From contig NW_027361684.1 of NCBI RefSeq assembly GCF_039654945.1, forward strand, positions 39,928,001 to 39,992,000: a stretch of DNA of 64,000 nucleotides, read 5' to 3'. This document shows positions 24,554 to 37,320 of this stretch, piece by piece. Each line of letters begins with the position of its first letter. Position 1 is the first letter of the stretch. The notes below the pieces were generated by a model. The model saw nothing but the letters and a program-made list of their open reading frames with translations. It was not told the origin of the DNA and made no database searches. A program made the translations under genes and the position numbers. The DNA is from Dendrobates tinctorius. Taxonomy: Eukaryota.

Positions 24554-26669
24554 AAATAGAATATTAACATAATGCTTGTTCACTTGTATCAGAAATTATT
24601 AGCGTATATAACAGGCGAGTACACTGCAATATGATAGTAATAAAGCAAGCCGAAAAAGAAACACCCAGCTGGAGTGTACCCTCTGCCACCAGCTGCAATC
24701 CCTGAAGCCTACTGCAACCCATATGCGAGTTTTCCTCAGAGAACCCCCACCCCTTGTTGCTCTCTTTCCTCTTTGCATATATGGGTTAGCCTTACCAGCC
24801 GGTATGAGTGGCACCATATCAAAAATAAGCACCATCGTCACCACTGGTCCTGTGGAAGGTAAGAGAGAAGGAGCTTCTGATTTGGATTTATTAGCTTAGA
24901 GTGCAGAACGTCTACAGATGGTGGGCCCATATCAGTGGTCTACCCTTTCATAAACGCTGCTTTTGGGGGCTTAGCCAATAAAAAATTATGGACTTCATGC
25001 AAATAATAATAATAAAAAAAAGCTGATTTTCGGAGCAGAATGTTTCCATCAGTTTTTCCACATGTGTATATTGGTCAGTATAAGCCTTGTCGGCATGTAT
25101 CGTCTACATTCAAGCTTTTCTGCTTGTCTGGTTATTGTACAAGATGTACCTATTATGGTCTGCCGGGTAGCATCACATCCGATTACCTGAAGCCAGCGAT
25201 CTCGGGAGATATCTCCTCTTGTGCAGTTAGGTAATTATTCATGACATTGTGCTTCAGCAGGATGCAGTCACTTATATTTCATAGCTCTTTAGACACATTA
25301 TCAGCATTCGCATAATCAGCGCTGTTATTCAATTCTGTCTATTTTTGTAGGTTGTATATAATTTTTACTGTAGTTAAAGGGGTTGTCTGCTTCTATTAGG
25401 CTATGTTCACACATTGCGTTGTTGCGGCATTTTATTCTGCAGGCAAAATCTGCTTTCTTGGCAGTAAAGAAGCTGCTTCCAAAAAGGTAGATTTTGCTGT
25501 GTTTTTCCTGCTTTTGTATTTTTCCTGCCTTTTTTGCTGTTTTTTTTTTTTGGGGGGGGCAGATTATGTGTCCATTAATTTACTTGGCATAATTGCCCAT
25601 CATGCGTCCACCAGCATAGTCAGAAAGACCCAACTAACCATAATGGGGTGTGTTGGTTTTGTCCTGTTGTCCATCAACTTAGTGGGTATGACGGCGCAGC
25701 ATGCTGTACTATATTGCCCAGTACTTTTGGCCAGATGTTCACAGATGTCTATACTGGGATATATGGCGCGAACCACTATTGTACGTTTTTTCACGATAAC
25801 CTTCAGGTGATGGATGACACAAGGATGGCATCAGTCAAAGCTTCCGGTAGTCTTTTTTTTCATGTTTGTTACAGAATTGCAGTATGTTTTTTTATACTGG
25901 ATGGGCATGAGATTGCATTGAATTGGTATCATAACAAATTGTGTATGTTTGTACAATTTGTGAAAGCGTGCCCCTATTTCAATTTACTTAGAATAAAATC
26001 AATTAAGAGAAGATGAGAGACTTTGTAGTATATCTTAATAAAAGAAAAAAAAAAAACAATTTTTCCACTTATCCGCCACTTTACCACCCTCCCTCCTCCG
26101 TCTCTTGTACTCACTCTGCATATTCTGTTGAAATCCATATCCAGTGAGGAGAAGTTTCCAGATCAGTGAGGGATACAGTTACAGTTTCTATCATTTTAAA
26201 TCTATGGAGAGAGGAGGAGCAGTTAGAAGGCAGAAAGGCACAAGGAAAAGGCTACTTCTTTATAATAATTTTCTATTTCACCCCAGAGCTGGATTCACAT
26301 ATACATTGTACAGCAGGGCTTTTTTTTTTTAGACAAAGTGGGGCTCTGGGCACAAGTTTGAAGTGGGGCTCCTAATGCTTACATATTGCACTACACCATC
26401 ACACAGAAACATTTTGTTTGCATTTACAGGCCTCTAAACAAGCGCGATCGACAATATTTAAGTCATTTGATGCTTATTCCAGGATCTCTTTACATCGACT
26501 AAGGAACAATGATGGAGACAGAACTCAGTATATCCACATACAGTATCAGCAGCATATCTGCAGTTTTCACCGGGCAAAGTGCTCCTGAGAACAATGATTG
26601 TTTATGCCAGGACAAAAATCAAATCACTCGATGAATAAGCAGCATTTTGCTTGTTTAGTGTAATCCATC

Positions 26670-27262
26670 CCATAGTCTTCCACATAGTATAATGCAGCCC
26701 TTAATCCTCCGTATACTATAAGGTGCACCATAGTCATCTATATTGTATGGTGCACACCCCATAGTCCTCCATATAGTACAGTGAGTCTCATAGTCCTCCA
26801 TATAGAATAATGTGCCCTATAGTTCTCCATATAGAATAAATCACTCCTCATAGTACTCCATATAGTATAATGTGCACCATAGTCCTCCATATAGTGTAAT
26901 GTGCTCCATAGTCCTCCATATAGTATAATACACTCCTCATAGTCCTCCATACAGTATAACACACTCCACATAGTCTTCCATATAATACACTCCCCATAGT
27001 CATCCATATAGTATAATGCACCCCATAGTTCTTTATATAGTATAATGCATTCCCCATAGTCCGCAATACAGTATAATGCAGGTCCCATATAATACAAATA
27101 GTATAATGCACTGCCCGCAGTCCGATAGAGTATAATGCAGGCCCCATATAGTATAATGCACCCATAGTCCTTGGTAGAGTATAATGCAGCTATCCTATAG
27201 AGTATGATGCAGCCACCCCTCAGATTATAATGCAGGCCCCTCTGCGTATAATGCAGCTCCCT
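26670..27262. repeat. About 30-bp minisatellite
   Basis: CATAGTCCTCCATATAGTATAATGCACCCC-like units. Confidence 0.85.
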
Positions 27263-27515
27263 AATAGAAAATATTTCAGCCCCACAATTCTGCAATATTA
27301 TGGCCACCACGTACTCACTAATATAAAAAAAAATACAATGCAATAGTATTACTTCTGATGTACACACACGACACGTTTGTGTAGGCTTACTGTGAAAAGT
27401 CACCAAAATGACAGTTTAACTAAAGGTGGACACATGTACGTCTAGAGCAATCACTATAAACACTGGTGCAGATACGCTGATTGATAAGCTGACATATCTT
27501 TCTTGTGTATCTCAG

Positions 27516-27618
27516 AGATGCTGCACTCGCCACTACCATGTAGTGTGGGTAAATCTAGCTATGATGGCCCGGATGTTTTCATCAGTTATCGGAGGAGTAC
27601 AGGATCTCAGCTGGCCAG
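27516..27618 (+). CDS. SARM1: SARM1 coding exon 6 (linker, start of TIR)
   Basis: ctcAG|AG ATG; [35 protein letters not shown]; donor AG|GTACGT; 103 bp. Confidence 0.96.
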
Positions 27619-28895
27619 GTACGTCATATATTAGTTATTAGGCCACGTGCATGCTTACACAGTTCTCTCCGCTAAGCACTACATTGGGCTTTCCATTGGA
27701 ATCTGTGAGAAAATGTATTCCAAGGATACCCGGATGGAGCCATTCACGTAAATTAAGAGGAAGAAGTCACTATGGACACTTTCTGAACTCAAATCTGGCA
27801 GTATTCATCTTTTTGAGACATTCACAAAAACATAGTCACACTTTTGTGCATGCCTAGATATGACGAATACTGCCAGGATAGAAGTCAGAGACTGTCTACA
27901 GCAACTCCTTTGGCCATATCTGAGAGAATGGCTCTCTAGGGGTTCCCGTCGAAACAGGGTTTTTGGGGGGATTCTGACAGTATCTCCTTTGCATTAGCAT
28001 TGAAAATAGATATTGCAATCAGGTGCTATATTTGTAGTTAAATGTATAGATTCAAGGTGACAGATTCATAAAGACTGGAGTTGTTCACGCCAATCTAGAT
28101 GAGGGGGCTTGCTGGAATCGGACGCCTCTTCATGAATATTGAGCATCTGGCAAGTGGTGTGCGCCTCCGTGCAGGTACTGGAGTAAGATTTTTGGAGTAG
28201 GGAACGCCACAGCTCGTTATGAATTAGACAAGCTGTGGTTTCCTGCACCCACCATTCCCCCGTGAAGATTTGGAAAATTTTAGCAATTTATTTTAAAATG
28301 TTTTACAGCAGAATTCTGGCGTGAAAACGTTAATGAATCTGGTCCAAGGTGCTTTTCAGTCCTTTAAAATTGATGGCCTTTTGGTTCGGCTGCCATTACT
28401 AGATCAGTAGGGGTACGATTCCACTGCTACTCAGTATCTAACCCATTCATCTGAAGGGGTGAAAAATGTTGCAAAAACAATGAAAGAATTAACATGCTGA
28501 AAATGTAAAAAATTGCTTTGGAAGTTCAAATCTGCAAGGAAAAAACAAGCAGTGTGAGGTTTCAAAAATCTCACTCACTTTACTGCTACTGTAAACTGTA
28601 GCGTTTTTTTTCTCTGCAAAAACACATGGAAAAAAACATGGGAAAAATTCAACGTCTGAACAAGTTTTTAACTACGAGTAGGTAGATGACTTTTACTCAG
28701 AAGACTGATGGGCTTTTATGAATTCTCCTACTCATAGCTGTAGATATACAATAGTGTCAATAGTAGCCAATAAACATCATACATAATAGTAGTGTAATAT
28801 TTCCAGCAATTAGGACGGTATCTGCCTGTGGGATTTTGCGTTGGATGGTAAAGAACTGTAATGCATCTATTACTAACTGTCTTTCATCCTTACAG

Positions 28896-29085
28896 TCTCC
28901 TGAAAGTACATTTGTACCTCCATGGCTTCAGTGCCTTTATTGATGTGGAGAAGTTGGAAGCGGGAAAATTTGAGGACAAATTGATACAAAGTGTTATCAG
29001 CGCTAGAAACTTTGTCCTAGTCCTCTCTGCCGGATCTTTGGATAAATGCATGGGAGACAATGAGTGCAAGGACTGGGTGCACAAA
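28896..29085 (+). CDS. SARM1: SARM1 coding exon 7 (TIR, BB loop)
   Basis: Consensus branch point TACTAAC 28871-28877; tacAG|T; [33 protein letters not shown]...[15 protein letters not shown]; donor AAA|GTAAGT; 190 bp. Confidence 0.97.
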
Positions 29086-30080
29086 GTAAGTGTTATGTTT
29101 CAGCCTCAGCTGGGCTCGTATGCTGGAAACATCTCCCAACATGAACCTCCGAAAATAAAGCTGAGCATTACCGTCAACTGTTTGCTTTAAAAATTGTTCC
29201 ATCTCTCATAGGAACAGTTGTAGACTGCATACACCGCTAACCGAATGCCTTTATAACGGCAGATACACCCCATAGGGTTACATTTTAAAGAAACTTTTAT
29301 TGCGTGGTGTATGTTTCTTTCTACACCTCTTTTCATAGATTAATGTGGTCTACTTCATTCTGTCGGCCTCTGTTGGGTGAATGAAGCCTTATGGATGCAC
29401 CAAGCATGTACACCCTAAGCATAGGTCAATGGAGTGAAGAGGGTTTTACCCAAGTATGGACCAACAAGATGTCTGTAGAAAGATACTGCCAGGGATCACA
29501 GCAGCATCAGCACTGAGCCAGGGGAGCAGCTAATGTAATGTGAGCTAGAAGGCTTATAGACAGACCTCATCTGTAACATGCAGACAATAATAACTTCCTA
29601 TTTAGTGAACTAGGAAGGCAGAGTGATCTGCAGAAGGAACAACTGAAAGGCCCCGAGATCTGCGAGGAAGGTGACATTTTTACATTTCACTGGAGCTACG
29701 CCGAACATGGCGACATCTGTAACATACTGCCGATGTTTTACTTATTGTTGCTAGTGGGGTTTAGAATATTATATTGGGTATTTGCAGATGAAATCTTAAT
29801 GTTGCGGAGTTGCTAATGGAGAGGATGTTCAGTCTCATTGTGAGCCCTTATGGGAGCGCTGGTTCACTGCACTCTTCTAATGACGGAAATGCCGTCCAGG
29901 ATGAGCCCACGTGGCTGTATCGTAGACATATTGTACAAAGTGCAGCAGAAAATAAGGGATCAAAGTTATGTCCGAAATCTGCTATGTGCATGTAATGCTG
30001 AGTCCTTCATACGCTCCATCAGCCTCATACGCTCAGGAGGTAAACGCCCAACATTGGTCACAGTCAGAATAGATGCCGAG

Positions 30081-30393
30081 TAGAGTTGAGTGACTTTGGC
30101 CGGATCGGGTTTCATGAAACAAAATTTGAGACAGATGAAACTGGTCCGACTAGGGCAAAAAAAGTCGGAATTTCGTCCGAAACCCGACCCCAATGCAAGT
30201 CAATGGGGAATAAAAGTCGGCATTGAGTGGATGAATGTCATCCGCTCAATGCCAACTTTTATTTCCCATTGACTTGCATTGGGGTCGGGTTTCGGACGAA
30301 ACGCCAACTTTTTTTTTGCCCTAGTCGGACCAGTTTCATCCGACTCAAATTTTGTTTCATGAAACCCGATCCGACCAAAGTCGCTCAACTCTA
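30081..30393. mobile_element. Palindromic hAT-type MITE
   Basis: Perfect 8-bp TSD ATGCCGAG (30073-30080, 30394-30401); termini TAGAGTTGAG / CTCAACTCTA; arms about 150 bp. Confidence 0.92.
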
Positions 30394-30743
30394 ATGCCGA
30401 GGCATACGTCCATCATGTATACCACAGTGGCCCTCTGTATAACAATGCACAATCTGTTGCCTTTTCCTTTTTAGCTAAACACAATTATTTGATGCATATC
30501 TGATAGAGGTTGAAAAACACACTTTCATCCTCTGCCTCGTGAATGGTTGCCTATAGTGAGGTTACATTGTACATTATGAAAAACTCCCGACAAACACTGT
30601 AGGCTAGGTACAAAGATGCAGTGTGCACCTAGCCTAAGAAAAAGTCCTCAAGAATGAGAACCAGGATTGCCGCCATCTTGTCTTGACCCATCTTGTCTTG
30701 TTTTGTCTTTATACCATGTGAATTATGTACACGTGTGTTTTAG

Positions 30744-30865
30744 GAGATTGTCACAGCACTCAACTGTGGGAAGAACATCGTGCCGGTCACGGATCACTTC
30801 GAATGGCCGAATCCAATGGACCTCCCTGAGGATATGAGAGCCGTGTTAAAATTCAATGGCATCAA
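30744..30865 (+). CDS. SARM1: SARM1 coding exon 8 (TIR; first codon is the catalytic Glu)
   Basis: ttttAG|GAG; [41 protein letters not shown]; donor AA|GTAAGT; 122 bp. Confidence 0.96.
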
Positions 30866-32469
30866 GTAAGTGTTACTATTAATCTTTCCCACACTAAAGA
30901 TTTCCAAGACATTATTAAAAATAGAAAATAATTCATAGCGACTCCATATAATAAAGCCGGACACACAAGCATAAACATCTGCCTTAAGACTATGTGAGCA
31001 GAGTCTTTTTGTTGAATTTTCTGAGAGGAAGTTTAGAGGAAACTCAGATTTGTGAGGAGGCTTTTGTAGAGCTCCCACTCAGTTTCTGCTGCAAAAACTC
31101 TTCAAGAACTCTGTGAGCACAGAGCCTAAGGTTATTTGCACACACAATGTCCTTTCAGGTAGATTGCACCCGGAATCCTCTCCAAAAGTGGCGAAAAAGC
31201 AAAAGCGCTCCATAAAATGAATATAATGCACAGAAATCTCAAAACGACATTGTTGTGCACATATTCTTCTTATAACACTTCTTTTAAAGGCTTCAGGGTT
31301 CAGAAAACAGGGTTCAGCAGTTAAAAGAACTGATATGCTCATTCTTTGGGCACCTTCCAATAGAAAGTAAAAGACATCGGCAGAGCCCTCCAATAAAACA
31401 ACCGCTGGTGGCGGCTTCACATGGGAAAATGTGGCGACTGCGCTGGTATTTAAAAGACGCCAAGTGCACTTGGCCTAAAGGAGTGTTCTAATTTCAGAAA
31501 ACTCCTCTCTCATGGCTACATTTTGCTTGAAAACAAATGAAATGCTTTACTCACCTTCCCTAGATCCAGCGCTGAGTCTCCAATGCTGCTCTCGGTGTCT
31601 GTTATTGTCTGCAGTGTTGATGGCAGATGGCATGACAGTCAGCGCTGCAGACAATCAGACACCTGGAGCAGTGGCAGAGACAGCCTGGATCTGTGGAAGG
31701 GCAGTAAAGCACAGTGAGTCTTCTCAAAACAAACTGCAGCCAGGGGAGTTGGGTTTTCCAAAAACGGGAAACCTATTTTAACCTTTTTTTTTTTTTTAGA
31801 TCTTTTGTGCTAAAGTGGTGGACAAAGCAATTCCTTCTGAGCATTTATAGACAATTTTGCTTTATGGGTGTAAAGTGATTGCTATGGTTAACATATTTTC
31901 TACTCTGTCTCCCCATTACATTGTATATCAGCACCATATGATATTTTGACGTATTTCTTGCTTAATGAGAACCTGTCATTTGCCATAAATATGTAATTGT
32001 TTTCCCTGGTCTAAGTGATACTGTCCTTCTAAATCTGGTGTTGTTTCTCTTTTACTCCTGCGCCCCTCCGTTCTTCTTCCCTGCATATAACGCTAATCTA
32101 TTTAGCCACCGAGGCGTGGCACTAAATTCTTCTGTGTGCATCTTCTAGATGACCACACTGCCTTGGATAACAAGCCTAGATTTATATGCAGGGAATAGGA
32201 GGCCATATCTCAGGAACAGAGAGGAACAGGAACAAAAGAAAAACACCGGATTCAGGAGAACAGTGGTGCTTAAGGCCCCTTGTCACATAGCGAGATCGCT
32301 AATGCGTCACCGATTTTGTGACGCAACAGCGATCTCGCTACATCTGACACCAGGGGTGGATTAAGGGAAGCCAGGGCCCCAGGCTGTTCAGACTCTGTTG
32401 ACCCCCCGGTCATGTGACGGGGTCGGGAAGTCACTAGTTTTCAAGACACATACGGTGCGGGAAGGGGTT

Positions 32470-32792
32470 AAATACTGAGGTAAAAAAAAACCTCTGCAAA
32501 TACGCAACGTGTGCACGAGGCCTCACAAATACTGAGATAAAAAACACCAAATGCTTAGTGTGTCCATGAGGCCTTACAAATACTGAGTGAAAAACTCACC
32601 AAATACTCAGCATGTGCACGAGGCCTTATAAATACTGAGGTAAAAACTCACCAAATACTCAGCGTGTGCACGAGGCCTTATAAATACTGAGGTAAAAACT
32701 CACCAAATACTCAGCGTGTGCACGAGGCCTTATAAATACTGAAGTAAAAACTCACCAAATACTCAGCGTGTGCACAAGGCCTTACAAATACT
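32470..32792. repeat. 52-bp tandem repeat, about 6 copies
   Basis: AATACTGAGGTAAAAACTCACCAAATACTCAGCGTGTGCACGAGGCCTTATA; copies at 32631, 32683, 32735. Confidence 0.92.
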
Positions 32793-32853
32793 GGAAGGTT
32801 TCCATCTAACATCTAGTCCTGACTCACCTGTACCTAACATCGAAACCAGCTAA

Positions 32854-33182
32854 GGGTATGTGCACACGCTGCGGTTTTGGCCCTGCAGAACTGCAGCAGT
32901 TCCGCAGACATGGTACTTCACCATGTTAGCCTATGGGTTTTCAAAACCGCAGTGCTCACGTTTTTTACCTGCGGAAAAGCTGCATTTTTTTTTCCGCAGC
33001 ATGTCAATTGTTTCTGCGGATTCTGCTGCGGTTTAACACCTTTAACATAGTAGAGGTGTGAAAGCGCAGGGCAAAACCGCAGGCCAAACCGCAGCAAAAC
33101 CGCAGGTCACTTTACCTGCGGTTTTACCTGCGTTTCCGCGGGAAAAAACCAGCAGCAGAATCCGCAGCGTGTGCACTCACCC
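32854..33182. mobile_element. Harbinger-type MITE inside the hAT element
   Basis: TIRs GGGTATGTGCACACGCTGCGG / CCGCAGCGTGTGCACTCACCC, TAA TSD. Confidence 0.85.
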
Positions 33183-33992
33183 TAATAGTCTGCAATCACC
33201 TGCTGACCTGGACCCATGACCTGTCAGACAAGTTACTTCACATGAGTCACACAGAGGCTTTTGCTTCATGAACTTCCCAAGATAGAAGAAGCAGCCTACA
33301 ATGTGCAGCCTGTGGCCGGATACACAGGAAGAGACGCTCCTCGTCACAGGCTGTGCCCAACATGTCAGCAGAGGGGTTAACGCCAGAGACAAATCGCCGT
33401 CTCCTCACACACTGGACACGACGCTGCATCTGGCGACGAACAAGCGCACATTAGTCATGTCCCAGATGTTCAGCATGTGGAGGACCAAAGGGGGACCAAA
33501 AAAGACCCCAGGATTGGAACAGGAGCATGGAAAAGTGGACGGCGGTCGGAGGGGCAGGGTTTATATAGGGGTCGGAGTAAGTAAATATATATATATGCGG
33601 GCAGCGCACACATGCACAATCCTCAGGTTGTATAACTTTCAACTGGTCAAAACATTTCTCTCGGTAGGCTAAGAAAGAAATGTGGCAGGAATAAAGTACA
33701 CCTCATAGTAACATATGTGTGAGGCAGAGGTGACAAGACCCGCCATCTCGTGCCCACCTTACTAGATGTGCCCACTGCCCACATATAACAAAGTTGATGG
33801 AAACAGATGACTTCCACTATGATGATTGGTTACCGGCCGCCCAACCACACCCATTTCACAACTAGTCACACCCATGTCCACGCCCCAACCACACCCATTT
33901 AGCACTGCTGATCACACTGACTGGTACTGAGGGCACAGTGGCTGGCATTGTTGGCACAGTGGCTGGTACTGTGGGCACACTGACTGGTACTG

Positions 33993-34440
33993 AGGAAAAG
34001 AAAGAAAGAACAGAGAGAGAAAGAAAAAAGAGAGAAAGGAAGGAGAGAGAAAGAAAGAACAGAGAGAAAGAAAGAGAGAAACAGAGAGAAAGGAAGTAAG
34101 AACAGAGAGAAAGAAAGAGGGGACAGAAAAAGGAACAGAGAGAGAAAAAAGAAAGAGGGGAAAGAAAGAACAGAGAGGGAGAGAGAAAGAAAGAAAGGGG
34201 AAAGAAAGAACAGAGAAAGAAAGAAAGGGGAAAGAAAGAACAGAGAGGGAGAGAGAAAGAAAGAGGGGAAAGAAGGAGCAAAGAGAGAAAGAAAGAGTTG
34301 AAAGAAAGAACAAAGAGAGAAAAAAAGAAAGAAAGGGGAAATAAAGAACAGAGAGAAAGAAAGAGGGGAAAGAAAGAACAGAAAGTGAAAGAATTTAGGA
34401 AAGAACAGAGAGAAAGAAAGACAAGGAAAGAGGGGAAAGA
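33993..34440. repeat. Polypurine (GAAA/GAGA) low-complexity tract
   Basis: About 450 bp, almost entirely A/G. Confidence 0.92.
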
Positions 34441-34809
34441 TTCTATAAAGATACTATACCAGCCCGGCTCACATTGTAGTGCTCACCTGAGCCTCCTGGT
34501 GCAGGACATATCATGATCCACTCACATGGCCGACATCCCCGAGTCCAAGGCGATCCTGCTGTCCGTGCTGTCGGAAGAGGACATAGGACATGGTGATGAT
34601 CTGAAGCATTCCCTAAAGTGCCTCCATGGTTCTGTCACAATCTCATCCGGTCAGCTTCCAGCACGTCACTTCCGATGGAATGTCACGTGCGAGTTTTCAA
34701 GTGCTCCTCGAGGCTCCGCCGTATACTCCTGTGTCCGCGGGAAAAGTAAGCTCCCGGTCGGGGCAGTGGGGCAGACTCTCAAAATCTGGGACGGTTGGGA
34801 GGTATGAAT

Positions 34810-35680
34810 GCTCCACATCATACACCTTGTACACTCATGGCTCCACACACCTCATACACACGGTTCCGCTTTGTATGCCTCGTACACACGGCTTCGCTCA
34901 GTAAACCTCGCACACACATGGCTCCACTCCGTAAACCTCGTACACAAGCGGCTCTGCTCCATACACCTTATACACACGCGGCCACGCTCTGTACACCTTT
35001 TACACACATGACTCTGCTCCGTAAACCTTGTACACATGCGGCTTTGCTCCATACACCACGTACACGCACGCGGCTTCGCTCCGAACACTTCGTACACACA
35101 TGCGGCTTCGCTCCATAAACCTCGTACACACACGCAGCTTTGCTCCGTACACCTCGTACACACATGTGGCTCTGCTCTGTACACCTTGCACACATGCGGC
35201 TCTGCTCTGTACACCTCGCACACACACGGCTCTGCTCTATACACCTCGCACACACACGGCTCCGCTCCGTACACCTTGCACGCGCACAGCTCCGCTCCGT
35301 ACACCTCATACACACACAGCTCCGCTCCATACACCTCGAACGCGCGCAGCTTTGCTCCGTACACCTCGTACACACACGCAGCTTCGCTCCGTACACCTCG
35401 TACACAAACGCAGCTTCGCTCCGTACACCTCGTACACACACGCGGCTCCGCTCCATACACCTCGCACGCGCGCAGCTCTGCTCCATACACCTCGCACATT
35501 CGCGGCTCTGCTCCGCACATGCTCAGCTCAGCTCTGCTCCAAACATCTCGCACATTTGCGGCTCTGCTCTGTACACCTCGCCCACGTGCAGCTCCGCTCC
35601 GTACACCTCGCACATTCGCGGCTCTGCTCCATACATCTTGCACACACGTGGCTCTGCTCTGTACACCTCGCACACACATT
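34810..35680. repeat. 30-32-bp minisatellite
   Basis: GCTCTGCTCCGTACACCTCGCACACACACG-like units; source of many overlapping spurious ORFs. Confidence 0.92.
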
Positions 35681-37190
35681 TACCCTGTAAACCCCTCCTG
35701 ACCCCACACATAATTTCCTCATCCAGCACCATGACAACCAGCACAGCAGAGCAGTCCCACATACAATACATTGAGGGCTGCGTGCACAGGACCTGTGATG
35801 AGGTCACAGGAGGGGAGGAGTCAGGTGTCACATGATCAGGGGCTTCCACTGAAAGGCCCCTGATCATGTAACCCCTGACTCCTCCCCTCCTGTGACCTCA
35901 TCACAGTTCCTGTGCGCACAGAGCAGGGATTTATTAGTGAGGGGCTGGCGCTGCGGTGGCCGGTGGGTCTGGGAGGGGGAGGAAGGGGTCGGTACATGGG
36001 GGGGCGTGGAGCTATGATGGTGGATTATAATGGGGCAATTTTCCTTGGGCTGTTGGGCCCCCCCACACCACTGGGCCCTGGGCTAGCACCCAGAATGACC
36101 TCATTTTAATCCGCCACTGTGTGACACATAGCGGCGACCGGCCCCACCGCTGGATATCGCTGATCGTGCTCGAATGTCCTGGGCCCTTTTTTCATTGTCG
36201 GCGTCCCGCTGGCCAGCATGCATCGCTGTGTTTGACGCCGACAAGCGACCTCGTTGGCGACGCAGAACTCAGGGACGCAGGCGGGAATCATCAGAATAGC
36301 TGCTATGTGACAACGCACCAGCGATCCTTGCCAGGTCGTATCGTTGTCGGGATCACTGGTGCATCGTTGAAGAGATCTGCCTGTTTGACATCTTACTAGC
36401 GACCATTTAGCGACGCACCAGCGATCCCTACCAGGTCGTATCGTTGTCGGGATCGCTGGTGCGTCGCTATGTGAAATGGGACCCTTAGATGAGATAAAGT
36501 AATTGCATATTATCACAAGTGACAGGTCCTCTTAATGTCTCCCCCTTGTCAGTAGTGTAGGGGGGAGAAAAAGTCTTATAGGGCACACATATAACAGTTT
36601 CCAATGGATTCATGCATATTGATGCAATTTTTCCACCTCCAACTTCATCAGTCTCTGGTTTAGCAACATAAGGGATTCCTTGTGTGCTTATTTTAGTACC
36701 CAGCAGACACATTTAAGCCAAATCATTGTTATTTAAGAGAAAATTTGGCATGGCTACAGCTAATAGAGAGGCCCTGGCATCCCTACTGGCTGGTGAGGTC
36801 CGAGTTAAAAAAAAAGATTGAGACGCCATGTTTTAGCAGTAACGTGTGATCTTTTAACACTTTTTTTTTGCTTTAGTCTCCTCGTGTTTCTCACAAAATA
36901 CACATATAAGGTATGGAGACATGGATCAATGTACGGAAATTTAATTTCTTAAATTTGATATATTAAAGCAGGACCACAGAGCATCTGGTCATGGTGCGAA
37001 AGCATCTCCATATAAACATACAGCGTCTCACAGAGAAAACCTCCTTAGTATAACTTCACCATTGTGTTACTGCTTCCTATCACCTGGCATCGGGGAGGTG
37101 GCTTTACATAAATAAGAAAAAAGAAGTCAAAATAATGGTTGTGTTCTGCTATCCCTAATTCATCTAGAAGTATCTTTCTTCTCCCCTCAG

Positions 37191-37320
37191 GTGGTCACAT
37201 GAGTACCAGGATGCAACCATTGAGAAGATTATCCGCTTCTTGCAAGGGCGCTCCTCTCGGGATTCTTCAGTGGGGTCTGAGACCAGCTTAGATGGCACTC
37301 CTCCACTAGGGGACAAATAG
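37191..37320 (+). CDS. SARM1: SARM1 coding exon 9 (end of TIR, stop)
   Basis: ctcccctcAG|G TGG; [45 protein letters not shown] followed by TAA. Spliced CDS is 2160 nt = 719 aa + stop. Confidence 0.97.

Larger units (their letters stand above)
32351..36119. mobile_element. Non-autonomous hAT-type element (3769 bp) carrying minisatellites
   Basis: TIRs CAGGGGTGGATTAA / TTAATCCGCCACTG; 8-bp TSD TCTGACAC / TGTGACAC; no transposase ORF. Confidence 0.82.
32273..36484. mobile_element. Family A MITE split by a 3.8-kb insertion
   Basis: TTA TSD; left part 32273-32350 and right part 36120-36484 rejoin into a family A element. Confidence 0.8.
31966..36531. mobile_element. TTAA-flanked (T2/Kolobok-like) MITE, outermost layer of a nest
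   Basis: TTAA|TGAGAACCTGTCA ... TGACAGGTCCTC|TTAA; inner inverted repeats at 32010-32270. Confidence 0.65.

Noticed and set aside
26738-27406. 222-aa Y/G/C-rich ORF resembling a keratin-associated or eggshell protein
   Set aside because: Translation of the 30-bp minisatellite within SARM1 intron 5.
34795-35867. Many 170-275 aa overlapping ORFs rich in C/H/T/R
   Set aside because: They arise from a stop-poor 30-bp minisatellite open in most frames on both strands; no splice or domain evidence.
27516-37320. TIR NADase as part of a prokaryote-like anti-phage operon
   Set aside because: It is the ordinary intron-containing vertebrate SARM1 with no partner genes nearby.
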